Shown piece after piece: positions 49,338 through 58,279 of a stretch of DNA of 64,000 nt. Origin of the DNA: an uncultured bacterium (GTDB lineage Bacteria; Patescibacteriota; Minisyncoccia; UBA6257; GWB1-50-10); contig CAVYJB010000001.1 of assembly GCA_963768835.1 (NCBI GenBank), positions 281,903 to 345,902 on the forward strand, in the 5' to 3' direction. Numbering within the stretch: position 1 is the stretch's first letter; every line of letters begins with the position of its first letter. The translations under genes and the position numbers were made by a program. The notes beneath the pieces are model-generated. The model saw only the letters and a program-made list of their open reading frames with translations. It ran no database searches and was not told where the DNA came from.

Positions 49338-49787
49338 CTATCTCACGAGCTGCGTCACCCAAACCAGCACGATAATCGCATAGGCGCTCACAAGAAGCGT
49401 CCGTATCCAGTGCGTCTTTAAAATTTTGACGAGATACGGGCTTTCGGAACCCAACGGGTCACGGGAGAGTTTTCCTTGCCATCGACCCCACGTGAAAATC
49501 GTGAGAACGAGCGAAAGCCACAGGCACGCGACTCCGCCGTAGATTGCCCAGAGAGGGGAACCGACGGGATGGTACCAAATGAGCACGGTGGAACCCGCAA
49601 GCTCCAGTCCCCACGGGAACAAGACCCAGTACGGAAGTTTCTTCCAGTGCGCTTCCTGCACGCGCAAGAAATCTGCCTTGCCAATCAGCTTCCACGACCG
49701 AAAAGTGTCTACTTCGTTTGCCCAAACTGTGCCGACATTATAGAAACCGACGGCGAGGTTGAGAAAAAGAAAGACCGTAGCATCCAT
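49338..49787 (-). CDS. Hypothetical 4-TM membrane protein
   Basis: Start reassigned to ATG 49787 because the longer ORF overlaps tRNA-Gly; hydrophobic; ends HWIRTLLVSAY. Confidence 0.75.
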   Translation of the reverse strand: MDATVFLFLNLAVGFYNVGTVWANEVDTFRSWKLIGKADFLRVQEAHWKKLPYWVLFPWGLELAGSTVLIWYHPVGSPLWAIYGGVACLWLSLVLTIFTWGRWQGKLSRDPLGSESPYLVKILKTHWIRTLLVSAYAIIVLVWVTQLVR

Positions 49788-49871
49788 GGTTATATTATAA
49801 ATTACTACAACCAATAACCCGACCGCCGAACCGCTCGTGATAACTCTATAAGATTCATCGTTTCTTAAGTG

Positions 49872-49942
49872 TGCGGGCAGGGAGAATCGAACTCCCGTCT
49901 CAACCTTGGCAAGGTCGTGTTCTACCACTAAACCATGCCCGC
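49872..49942 (-). tRNA. tRNA-Gly(GCC)
   Basis: GCGGGCA...TGCCCGC-A; CGACC-TTGCCAA-GGTTG; GGGAG-TTCGATT-CTCCC. Confidence 0.93.
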
Positions 49943-49956
49943 TATTTATTCTTCGC

Positions 49957-50136
49957 TTATTGCGGAGGAGGCGGTCCCGGCGGCCCCACCACGTGCGGAG
50001 CTCCGATCGGTCCGTTGAACCCGGGTGCCGGCGGAGGCGTCTTCATGAGCTGCGCCCAAAGAAACAGCGCCAAGAGAAGCACGCCGACGAGGACCGCGAG
50101 CACCGCAAGGATGATGGCAATAAACTTCCTCTGCAT
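49957..50136 (-). CDS. 59-aa membrane peptide with Pro-rich tail (not in the ORF track)
   Basis: MQRKFIAIILAVLAVLVGVLLLALFLWAQLMKTPPPAPGFNGPIGAPHVVGPPGPPPPQ*. Confidence 0.65.
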   Translation of the reverse strand: MQRKFIAIILAVLAVLVGVLLLALFLWAQLMKTPPPAPGFNGPIGAPHVVGPPGPPPPQ

Positions 50137-50170
50137 CCGTTCCCCTATTGTAGGAAAATCCTGAAAAGTT

Positions 50171-50854
50171 TCAACTGCGACGGATAATGAGGTCGCTTTC
50201 CGGCACGTCCCGCTTCAGGTTTTCCACGATGCGGCCCGCGACAAAAGAAGGCTTCATATAGGTATCGTAGTCCGCCTGCGTCTCGCCCTCGAAGAGGTTC
50301 GTCTGGATGCGTTCCGAGTACACTCCGACCACGGCGATGCCGGCCGGCGCCACCTCGAGGCGGAGTGTCTTTGTGAATCCGTCGGCGGCGGCTTTGCTCG
50401 CGGTGTATCCGGAGCACCCCGCGTGGTTGTCGATCACGCGGATCGAGAGAATGTTCACGATGGTGCCACTCCCCTGTTTCCGCATCGCCGCGACCGCGGT
50501 GCGCGAACCGTAGAACGTCCCGAAGAAGTTCACCTCCATCATCGCGTGCATCCGCGCCGGGTCCTGTTCCTCGACGGAGACGTGCGGCGTCCAGATACCG
50601 GCATTGTTCACCCATATGTCGATACGACCGTAGGTCCGGATGGCGAGATCGCCCAGCGCGCGGACGGCTGCCTCGTCGGCCACGTCACCCGCGAGCGACG
50701 CGGCGCCGAGAGGTTCGGCCGCGCCGCGCAACGCGTCCGCGCTTCGGTCATTCAGAACGAGCCGTGCGCCTTCCTTAGCGAACGTTTCCGCGAGCGCCTT
50801 TCCGAGGCCGCTCCCCGCTCCGGTGATAACCGCTACCTTGTCTTTGAGATCCAT
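50171..50854 (-). CDS. SDR-family NAD(P)-dependent oxidoreductase
   Basis: TGAGSGLG, NNAGI and YTASK. Confidence 0.92.
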   Translation of the reverse strand: MDLKDKVAVITGAGSGLGKALAETFAKEGARLVLNDRSADALRGAAEPLGAASLAGDVADEAAVRALGDLAIRTYGRIDIWVNNAGIWTPHVSVEEQDPARMHAMMEVNFFGTFYGSRTAVAAMRKQGSGTIVNILSIRVIDNHAGCSGYTASKAAADGFTKTLRLEVAPAGIAVVGVYSERIQTNLFEGETQADYDTYMKPSFVAGRIVENLKRDVPESDLIIRRS

Positions 50855-50893
50855 AATCCTTGTGGGAGAATACCGCCTGCCGTTTTGCTTTTG

Positions 50894-50975
50894 TGCCCGG
50901 GGTGGGGGTCGAACCCACACGCTCTTGCGAGCAGGGGATTTTAAGTCCCCTGGCTACCAGTTACAGCACCCGGGC
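50894..50975 (-). tRNA. tRNA-Leu(TAA)
   Basis: GCCCGGG...CCCGGGC-A; GGGGA-CTTAAAA-TCCCC; long variable arm GCTC-GCAA-GAGC. Confidence 0.92.
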
Positions 50976-50990
50976 GTTCCACGATTCCTG

Positions 50991-51062
50991 AGGCCACGGC
51001 GAGAATTGAACTCGCGTATAAGGGTTTTGCAGACCCTCGCCTTACCACTTGGCTACGTGGCC
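50991..51062 (-). tRNA. tRNA-Cys(GCA)
   Basis: GGCCACG...CGTGGCC-T; AGGGT-CTGCAAA-ACCCT. Confidence 0.93.
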
Positions 51063-51370
51063 GTCTTTTCTAGCCCGCCCTCCTCCGCGATGACAAACTT
51101 CAGATGCGGGACCGTGCGCGTTCGCATGGTCCGGAGGAGGCGGCGCTCGAACTCCCGACGGTGCCGCTCGACCTCCGCATACACTTCCGGTCCTTTCTCC
51201 ATCGGAATGATACCAAGCCGGACTGTGGCCTGCAATAAGTCGCCCGTTACCTCAACGCCGAGAATGGTAACGAGTGCCCGCTCGACATCGAGATCTCGGA
51301 GGAAGTAGCGCCCCAGCTCCGCCTCGATCACGCTCGCGATCCGCAGGTTGCGATAGGAAGGAGACGGCAT
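51053..51370 (-). CDS. rbfA: Ribosome-binding factor A
   Basis: R..RIASVIEAEL, LVTILGVEVTGDL..ATV and VPHLKF; follows infB. Confidence 0.85.
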   Translation of the reverse strand: MPSPSYRNLRIASVIEAELGRYFLRDLDVERALVTILGVEVTGDLLQATVRLGIIPMEKGPEVYAEVERHRREFERRLLRTMRTRTVPHLKFVIAEEGGLEKTAT

Positions 51371-51377
51371 GGAAATT

Positions 51378-52805
51378 CTAACTGAACACCAGGCGGTACC
51401 CGACTTTGATCGGCGCTTCGCTTTCGACGAGGAGCCCCGCTTCCACGCCCGCGGCCGCCTCGGCGACATCCTTGCGTCCGGATTGTAAGTTCAAAATCCT
51501 CCCCGCGCCGATGAGGCGCTTGTCCTGCCAGATCTCGAATGCTTCCTGATTCCTCACGGGGCCGAGGACGACGCGCCCGCCCACCACGCGTTCTTTTCCT
51601 TTCGGCGTCCCGAACACCGCGAGAATCTCGATTGCGCGCCTCTCGCGGACGATGGCGCCCCGCACGTATTTCCGGATCGCGTCCTCGAGTTCATAGATGA
51701 TGGGAGAGAGCAGGAGCGTGATGTGCCGCGCCTGCGCGAGATTCTGCGCGGCTCCGTCCGCTTTCACGCGGAACCCCACAACGAGCCCGGTGCCCATCTC
51801 CGCACCCTTGATGTCGGTCTCGTGAATATCGCCGACGCTCGCGGAGAGCACTCCGATGGTCGCGGATTCCGACGCGGCGATTTTTTGGATGAGGTCCTCG
51901 AGCGCTTCGAGGGAAGCTGCTTCGTCCGCTTTGATGAGAATCTCGAGCTCCCCTTCTTTGGGTTTCTCGGCGCGCGCCGCTGGTGCGACCGCCGCCATGG
52001 CGAGCGCCTTCATGACCGCGGCGTCCGCTCCCGCGAAGAACGGCTCGCCGAGCTTCGGAAGCTTCTCGAACCCGACGATGAGGGCGGGGGCGCTGGGGAT
52101 GAGCGCCGCAGCGCGCTTCCCCGTGAAATCCTCGAGGAGCTTCACTTTTCCGGAGGCGGACGCGGTCGCAATCCATTGCCCTGTCGTAAGGGTCCCGTTT
52201 TCGAGGATAATGCCCACCTGCACGCCCCGTTTCGGATCGAGCCGGGCGGAGAGGACCGCGCCCGCCGCGGGCGCGGCCGGGTCGTAGGTCAGTCCCTCCA
52301 TCTCGGAGGCGAGGAGTACGAGATCCAGGAGGTCCGAGACGCCGTCCCCGGTCTTCGCGGAGATAGGGTGCCAGGATACGTTGCCGCCGTACCCTTCGAG
52401 ATACACGCCGTTCTGGCTCAGGTCCTTCTTGGTCTTCTCCACGTCCGCCCCGGGCTTGTCCATCTTATTGATGGCAACGATAAACGGGAGTTTTGCTTCG
52501 TTTAGATGCTTGAGAGCGTCGAGCGTCTGGGGCTTCACGCTGTCGTCGGCCGCCACGACGAGGATGGCGAGGTCTGCGACGCGCGCACCGTGCGCGCGCA
52601 TGTTCGAGAACGCCTCGTGCCCCGGTGTGTCGATGAAGGTGATGCGTTTCCCGTTGTGCGTCGTCTCGTACGCGCCGATGGCTTGCGTGATACCGCCCGC
52701 CTCGCGCGCCGCGACGGAGGTTTTGCGGATGTAATCCAGAAGAGTTGTTTTCCCGTGATCCACGTGGCCAAGAACCGCCACGACGGGAGGGCGTTCGTGC
52801 ATCAT
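51378..52805 (-). CDS. infB: Translation initiation factor IF-2 (short form, no N-terminal domains)
   Basis: RPPVVAVLGHVDHGKTTLLDYIR, EAGGITQ.IGAY and DTPGHEAFS.MRA.GA. Confidence 0.95.
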   Translation of the reverse strand: MMHERPPVVAVLGHVDHGKTTLLDYIRKTSVAAREAGGITQAIGAYETTHNGKRITFIDTPGHEAFSNMRAHGARVADLAILVVAADDSVKPQTLDALKHLNEAKLPFIVAINKMDKPGADVEKTKKDLSQNGVYLEGYGGNVSWHPISAKTGDGVSDLLDLVLLASEMEGLTYDPAAPAAGAVLSARLDPKRGVQVGIILENGTLTTGQWIATASASGKVKLLEDFTGKRAAALIPSAPALIVGFEKLPKLGEPFFAGADAAVMKALAMAAVAPAARAEKPKEGELEILIKADEAASLEALEDLIQKIAASESATIGVLSASVGDIHETDIKGAEMGTGLVVGFRVKADGAAQNLAQARHITLLLSPIIYELEDAIRKYVRGAIVRERRAIEILAVFGTPKGKERVVGGRVVLGPVRNQEAFEIWQDKRLIGAGRILNLQSGRKDVAEAAAGVEAGLLVESEAPIKVGYRLVFS

Positions 52806-52871
52806 ATTCGTCTTGTAAAGTTAGCAGAGAAATGCTATAAAAACAAGCAGTTTCAAGAATTTCGGATCAAC

Positions 52872-52958
52872 GGAGGGGTCGCATAGTGGCCTAGTGCGGC
52901 GCGGTGCTAACGCGCTGACCTCGAAAGGGGTCCGTGGGTTCGAATCCCACCCCCTCCG
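52872..52958 (+). tRNA. tRNA-Ser(GCT)
   Basis: GGAGGGG...CCCCTCC-G; GCGCG-GTGCTAA-CGCGC; long variable arm; GTGGG-TTCGAAT-CCCAC. Confidence 0.92.
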
Positions 52959-52960
52959 CA

Positions 52961-53443
52961 GACAATATTTCTCATCGTGGAGCGCCTCGCTTAAGGTAGT
53001 GGTGCGGCCGAGACATATTTTCTCTTAAAAGGTTCGGGGATAAGTAATAAGTGGTATAATTCTTAAAAGGCCGTGCGCTTAATTAACCTCATAATAAAAA
53101 TATGGTAAAAGGAAACTTTCTTGGTGCCGCGATTGTCGCAATAATCTACACGGTCTATATTGCATGGAATCCTCTTCCGTCACGCCCACAAACAGCAATA
53201 TTGTTGGTGGTTCTTAATGCTTTAACTATCGTGTTGATGGCTTTTGCATTTAAGGGGTAAAAGAGGAAATAAGAATTTACCGCCAAAGGAAACGATGGCC
53301 GTGCCGTTCGGGTCGCAGTGTCCCCGCAAAATAACCCGCCGTTGTGGCGGGTTTGATTTTGCGGAGGGGGAACGACACAATCAATTAGCTAAAGCTCGAG
53401 GAGCTTGAACGGTAAAGGTTCTAGACGGACCCTCACCGCAGAC
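52961..53443. mobile_element. ~480-bp AT-rich mini-island bounded by a degenerate copy of the tRNA-Ser 3' end
   Basis: 52937-52963 vs 53417-53443 match 20/27 ungapped (GGTTC...CCGCAGAC). Confidence 0.5.
53102..53260 (+). CDS. 52-aa two-TM peptide (not in the ORF track)
   Basis: MVKGNFLGAAIVAIIYTVYIAWNPLPSRPQTAILLVVLNALTIVLMAFAFKG*; extended -10 TGGTATAAT at 53052-53060. Confidence 0.65.
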   Translation: MVKGNFLGAAIVAIIYTVYIAWNPLPSRPQTAILLVVLNALTIVLMAFAFKG

Positions 53444-53460
53444 TGCTCCTCTATTCGTCC

Positions 53461-54378
53461 ATGGAACTTCCTGGAGAACTGAAGGCCTTGTATCGGCACT
53501 GGCCGCTGCACACCGCTCCGTCGCGGCAGCCGCACGCAAGCGGCGTACCGAGAGAAATCCTCTCCTTCGTCGAGGAACGGGTGAAAATCTGGCAACGCAA
53601 GACCGCCAAAGAATCACCTCCCTTTACGGCGGACCCCGTGCTTGCGCGCTACCGTTTCTGCAACATTCTGCGCGAACTCGACCGGCAAACGATCGAGTTC
53701 CACACGCTTCTGGAGGATCTTCGCGGCGATTTTCCGCTCTGGCTCCTCAACATGTTCTGTTGCCGGATGATTGCCCGGCCCGAAACGGTGCGCGCGGTCG
53801 GTCTGCTCTCCTTCGACAAGGCGGAGAACGAGAGGTGGTACAAGAAACTCATGGAATCCGAGCGGCCGCGCTTCGGCACGCCGTATGTGTTCCCCGTGAG
53901 CGTCATCCAGGGAGGCGCGACGCCGACCCGCGAGCTTTTCCTGGCGAGGCATCTGCCCGACGTGATCGGGGCGGTTGCCAACGAGGTGCGAACATGGGAC
54001 CGAAAATCCGTGTACGACGGGGTGCGGGCCGTGCTCCCGGTCTTCCGTTATCCTCTCTCGTTCCTATGGACCGAAGTCCTGATCGACACGGCGTATCAGT
54101 TCCCCGAACGACTGGATCTGTTCAGCCGTTTCCCCGTCGGGCCGGGCGCTCTCCCGACGTTCGAACGGTTCAATCCGGGCGAGGACCCTTCACGAGTGGT
54201 GCAGGCGCTCGGCGCGCTCGGCGTGACCATTGATATCTCGTATAATAACCTCCCAATCAGGCTCTCGGCGGAGAACTGGGAAGGCGTCGGCTGCGAATAC
54301 CGCAAGTACACCAACCTGAAACAGGGCAAGGGGAGGAAACGTATTTACGCGACCGGCTCCGCCCCAAGCTTATTCTAA
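53461..54378 (+). CDS. 5-hmdU DNA kinase helical-domain (aGPT-PplaseI)-like protein
   Basis: ER..IW..K....PPFTADPVLARYRFCNILRELDRQT, VGPGA and CEYRKY match my recollection of this family. Confidence 0.72.
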   Translation: MELPGELKALYRHWPLHTAPSRQPHASGVPREILSFVEERVKIWQRKTAKESPPFTADPVLARYRFCNILRELDRQTIEFHTLLEDLRGDFPLWLLNMFCCRMIARPETVRAVGLLSFDKAENERWYKKLMESERPRFGTPYVFPVSVIQGGATPTRELFLARHLPDVIGAVANEVRTWDRKSVYDGVRAVLPVFRYPLSFLWTEVLIDTAYQFPERLDLFSRFPVGPGALPTFERFNPGEDPSRVVQALGALGVTIDISYNNLPIRLSAENWEGVGCEYRKYTNLKQGKGRKRIYATGSAPSLF

Positions 54379-54467
54379 AAAACGGGTACCTATCCTAATA
54401 AGATCGAATCGGAAACAGAAAACGTCACGAGAAAAAATGACGGGAAAAAGGTTATAATCTGAGACAC

Positions 54468-55256
54468 ATGATCGAAGTACGCAATCTGACGAAGAAATAC
54501 GGCGATATCGTGGCCGTGAACGATATTTCTTTCACGGTCAATGACGGAGAGGTGTTCGCTTTCCTCGGGCCCAACGGCGCGGGCAAAACCACGACCATCA
54601 AGATGCTCACGACGCTGCTCCATCCCACCGCGGGAACGATCAAGCTTGATGACATCGACCCCGTGCTCGAACCGGAGCTGGCGCGCCGGCAGTTCGGGAT
54701 CGTGTTCCAGGACCCGAGCTTGGACGACGACCTGACCGCTTGGGAAAACATGGACCTGCACGGCGTGCTTTACGACGTGCCGGACGCGCTGCGGAAACAG
54801 CGGTGCGAAGAGCTTCTGAAATTCGTCGATCTGTGGGACCGCAAGGACAGCTCGGTCAAGGAATTTTCCGGAGGCATGAAGCGCCGGCTCGAGATCGCCC
54901 GGGGACTTTTGCACGAACCCAAGATTCTTTTCCTCGACGAGCCGACGACGGGCCTCGATCCTCAGACAAGAAACCTCATGTGGGACCGCCTGCAGGAACT
55001 GAACAAGACCAAGAAAATGACGATTTTCCTCACGACCCATTACATGGAGGAGGCGGACAGGATGGCGGACCGCATCGCCATCATGGACCACGGCAAGATC
55101 ATCGCCACCGGGACTCCGGAGGAGCTCAAAAAGCAGACGAACACCGAATTCCTCGAGGACGCGTTCCTCGCGCTCACGGGCAAGACCATCCGCGAGGAGG
55201 GAGCCAGCTCCTCCGATCACGCGAGGACCATGGCCCGCCGCATGGGAAGAAGATAG
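54468..55256 (+). CDS. ABC transporter ATP-binding protein (DrrA-like)
   Basis: GPNGAGKTT, FSGGMKRRLEIA and LDEPTTGLDP. Confidence 0.94.
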   Translation: MIEVRNLTKKYGDIVAVNDISFTVNDGEVFAFLGPNGAGKTTTIKMLTTLLHPTAGTIKLDDIDPVLEPELARRQFGIVFQDPSLDDDLTAWENMDLHGVLYDVPDALRKQRCEELLKFVDLWDRKDSSVKEFSGGMKRRLEIARGLLHEPKILFLDEPTTGLDPQTRNLMWDRLQELNKTKKMTIFLTTHYMEEADRMADRIAIMDHGKIIATGTPEELKKQTNTEFLEDAFLALTGKTIREEGASSSDHARTMARRMGRR

Positions 55257-55269
55257 CGCTCCCCTACGC

Positions 55270-56016
55270 ATGAAAAAGATCTATTACCTCTGGCTCCGGC
55301 AAATCAAGAAGTACCTGCGCTCCACGGCGCGCCTGGTCGGCTCCCTCGCCCAGCCGATCATTTTCCTCGTCATGTTCGGGTACGGATTCGGCAGCTCCTT
55401 CGGAGGCGGGGGCAACTATCTCGATTATCTCGCGCCCGGCATCATCGGCATGAGCATCATTTTCACCGCCATCTTCTCGGGCATCGAAGTGATCTGGGAC
55501 CGCCAGTTCGGGTTCTTGAAGGAAACCCTCGTGGCACCCATGCCGCGCATCGACGTCATGATCGGCAGAACCGTCGGCGGCGCGACCGTCGCCACCATCC
55601 AGGGCGTCATCGTGCTGCTCATCTCGTTCCTCTTCGGTTTCCACCCGGCGAGCTGGATCGCGATCATCCCTGCGCTATTCATCATGTTCCTGATCGCGCT
55701 CATTTTTTCGTCGATCGGCACGATAATCGGCTCGCTCCTCGAGGACATGCAGGCCTTCTCGCTCATCATGAATTTCCTCGTCATGCCGCTCTTCTTCCTC
55801 TCGGGCGCGCTGTTTCCGCTGCAAGGATTGCCGGCCTGGCTTTCCTTCGTCTCCCGCATCGACCCGCTCACGTACGGCGTCGACGCCCTGCGCGTCCTCC
55901 TCGCTAACATCGGTCATCACGATTTGGGGCTGGGAATGGATATCGTGGTCCTCGTGGTGGTCGCGTTGGCGTTCGTAGGAGCGGGCGGCTACTTCTTCGA
56001 GAAAATTGAGGTTTAA
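55270..56016 (+). CDS. ABC-2 type transporter permease
   Basis: DRQFGFLKETLVAP, FLSGALFP and DPLTYGVDALR. Confidence 0.92.
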   Translation: MKKIYYLWLRQIKKYLRSTARLVGSLAQPIIFLVMFGYGFGSSFGGGGNYLDYLAPGIIGMSIIFTAIFSGIEVIWDRQFGFLKETLVAPMPRIDVMIGRTVGGATVATIQGVIVLLISFLFGFHPASWIAIIPALFIMFLIALIFSSIGTIIGSLLEDMQAFSLIMNFLVMPLFFLSGALFPLQGLPAWLSFVSRIDPLTYGVDALRVLLANIGHHDLGLGMDIVVLVVVALAFVGAGGYFFEKIEV

Positions 56017-56085
56017 CGGAGTACGATATAATAATATTATCCGATACGGATATCCTTTCTGTGAAACGACTTTTAGCATTTTATC

Positions 56086-57600
56086 GTGCATGGGGTCATC
56101 ATTATTCTCGCCGCCGCCGGCATCGCCGCGTGGTATGTCGCGTCGGACACGGTCCCCGCGCTCGATTCCTACACGGTCACGCGGGGTAACGTCGTCGAGG
56201 CGCTCGACGAGCCGGGGACGGTGGTCGCGGAAGACAAAGCGGATCTCTCGTTCCAAGAGACGGGGCAGATTGCGCACGTCTACGTGAAGGAAGGAAACGT
56301 GGTGGACACGGGGGCGGCGCTCGCGGACCTGGATCGCGCATCCCTCGAGACGAGCGTGGCGCAGGCGGACGCGGCCCTCGCCGCGGCTCAGGCGAAGCTC
56401 GACAAACTGGAAACGGGCGCCACGCCCGAAGAAATCGCGGTCTCCCAGACGGCGCTTTCGACGGCCGAGCAGACGCTTGCGAACACCTACACCGGGGTCG
56501 CGAACACGCTCGCCGACGCCTACGCGAAATCGAACGACGCGGTCCGTAACCAGCTCGCCGCTTTTTTCTCGAACGCGGAGATGGGCGACCCGCAACTCAC
56601 CTTCGGCGTGGACGATTCCCAGGCCGCCCTCAATGCCCAGAGCCTGCGGCTCTCCGCGAGCACCGAATTGAACGCATGGCAGGCGGGGCTCGCGACCACG
56701 ACCGCGAGCTCCTCGAACGCGATTCTCGATGCGGCACTCCAGAACGCGGCGGGTTTCCTCTCGCCGATCAAGAGCCTCATCGATGCCGCCATGACGGCGC
56801 TCACCAAAGAGACCGGCTTGCCGGCGGCGACCCTCGCGGCGTACGGAAGCTCCGGGCAGACGGGGCGCACCGAGGTGAACGCCGCGATCACGGAGATTAG
56901 CATTGCACAGCAGTCCATCGCGTCCCAGGAAGCCGCCATCTCGCAGGCGCAGGCGGGGCTCAATCTCACGGAGGCAAGCTCGACGCCGCAGGACATCGAG
57001 GGACAGCAGGCGGTCGTCGCGCAGGCGGAGGCCGCGGCCGCGGCGGCGCGGGTCGCGCTGAACAACACGTCGCTCCTCGCGCCGTTTCCCGGCACGGTGC
57101 AGGGCCTGACCGCGCAGGTCGGGCAGGTGGTCACGCCCGGCGGCCGGGTGCTCTCGCTCGTGAATAACGACGGGCTCAAGATCCAGGCATACGTTTCCGA
57201 AGCCGACGTCACGAAGGTCGCCGTCGGCGGCACGGCGGAGGTGACCCTGGACGCATTTGGCACCGGCACGGGGTTCCCGGCAACCGTGACGACGATCGAC
57301 AGCGCGGAGACGCCGGTCAACGGAACGCCCTCGTACCTCGTCACACTCCACTTCACGAACCCCGTACCCCAGGTGAAGGACGGCATGACAGGCAACGCGC
57401 ACATCGTTCTCGCCGAAGACGACAACGTGATCGCCATCCCGAGCCGTCTCGTGCTCAACAACGGCGGCAACGATTTCGTGCTCGTGAAAACCCCCACCGG
57501 AACCGCGCAAAAGCAGGTCCAGACCGGCCTTGTGGGCGACCACGGCACGACGGAGATCACCTCGGGAATCGGTGAAAGCGATATCCTCGCGGACTTCTAA
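56086..57600 (+). CDS. Efflux membrane-fusion (HlyD/RND adaptor) protein; true start possibly GTG 56061 with a 1-nt insertion in the G4 run at 56092-56095
   Basis: LSFQETGQIAHVYVKEG, long coiled coil, LLAPFPGTV and VSEADV.KV.VG. Confidence 0.85.
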   Translation: MHGVIIILAAAGIAAWYVASDTVPALDSYTVTRGNVVEALDEPGTVVAEDKADLSFQETGQIAHVYVKEGNVVDTGAALADLDRASLETSVAQADAALAAAQAKLDKLETGATPEEIAVSQTALSTAEQTLANTYTGVANTLADAYAKSNDAVRNQLAAFFSNAEMGDPQLTFGVDDSQAALNAQSLRLSASTELNAWQAGLATTTASSSNAILDAALQNAAGFLSPIKSLIDAAMTALTKETGLPAATLAAYGSSGQTGRTEVNAAITEISIAQQSIASQEAAISQAQAGLNLTEASSTPQDIEGQQAVVAQAEAAAAAARVALNNTSLLAPFPGTVQGLTAQVGQVVTPGGRVLSLVNNDGLKIQAYVSEADVTKVAVGGTAEVTLDAFGTGTGFPATVTTIDSAETPVNGTPSYLVTLHFTNPVPQVKDGMTGNAHIVLAEDDNVIAIPSRLVLNNGGNDFVLVKTPTGTAQKQVQTGLVGDHGTTEITSGIGESDILADF

Positions 57601-57602
57601 CT

Positions 57603-58262
57603 ATGGCTCAAGAACAAGAAGAAGAAATGAAATCTGTGCAGAAGAAAAAGAGCGGCCGCGCGACCGCGTTCGCGATCCTCATCGTTCTCCTTGCCGTCGG
57701 CGCCATCGCCGGCACGGCCTACTGGCAGGCGTCCTCGAAGACGGTCTACATCGACCAGTCGGTCATCCAGGCGCCGATCATCAATCTCTCGCCGACGAAC
57801 TCCGGCCCCCTGCAGGCGGTGTTCGTGAAGGTCGGCGACATCGTGACCGCGAACCAGCCCATCGCCCGCGTCGGCGGCGGAATCGTCGAATCGAAAACGA
57901 GCGGCGAGATCGTTTCCATCGACCAGAACATCGGCGAGTCGGAGAACGCCGTGACCGGGCAGTCGGTCGTCGCGACGATGATCGACCCCACCCAGCTGCG
58001 CGTCGTGGGACACCTGGACGAGGACAAGGGGCTCGCGGACGTGAAGGTGGGCGACGTGGTGAAGTTCACCGTGGACACGTTCGGCGGAAAACAATACTAC
58101 GGCGTCGTCGACGAGATAGGCCAGACGTCGCAGGAGAGCGCGACCTCCAATATTTTCAACCAGCGCCCCGTAAACGAGTTCAATGTGAAGGTGCGCTTCA
58201 ACCCCGCGCGGTATCCCGAGCTCAAGGACGGCATGTCGGCGCGCATCTGGGTCTATAAGTAA
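57603..58262 (+). CDS. HlyD/EmrA-like secretion adaptor protein
   Basis: TM, VFVKVGD.V, VKFTVDTF and PELKDGMSA. Confidence 0.82.
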   Translation: MAQEQEEEMKSVQKKKSGRATAFAILIVLLAVGAIAGTAYWQASSKTVYIDQSVIQAPIINLSPTNSGPLQAVFVKVGDIVTANQPIARVGGGIVESKTSGEIVSIDQNIGESENAVTGQSVVATMIDPTQLRVVGHLDEDKGLADVKVGDVVKFTVDTFGGKQYYGVVDEIGQTSQESATSNIFNQRPVNEFNVKVRFNPARYPELKDGMSARIWVYK

Positions 58263-58279
58263 GTAGCACCAGACCGCTG

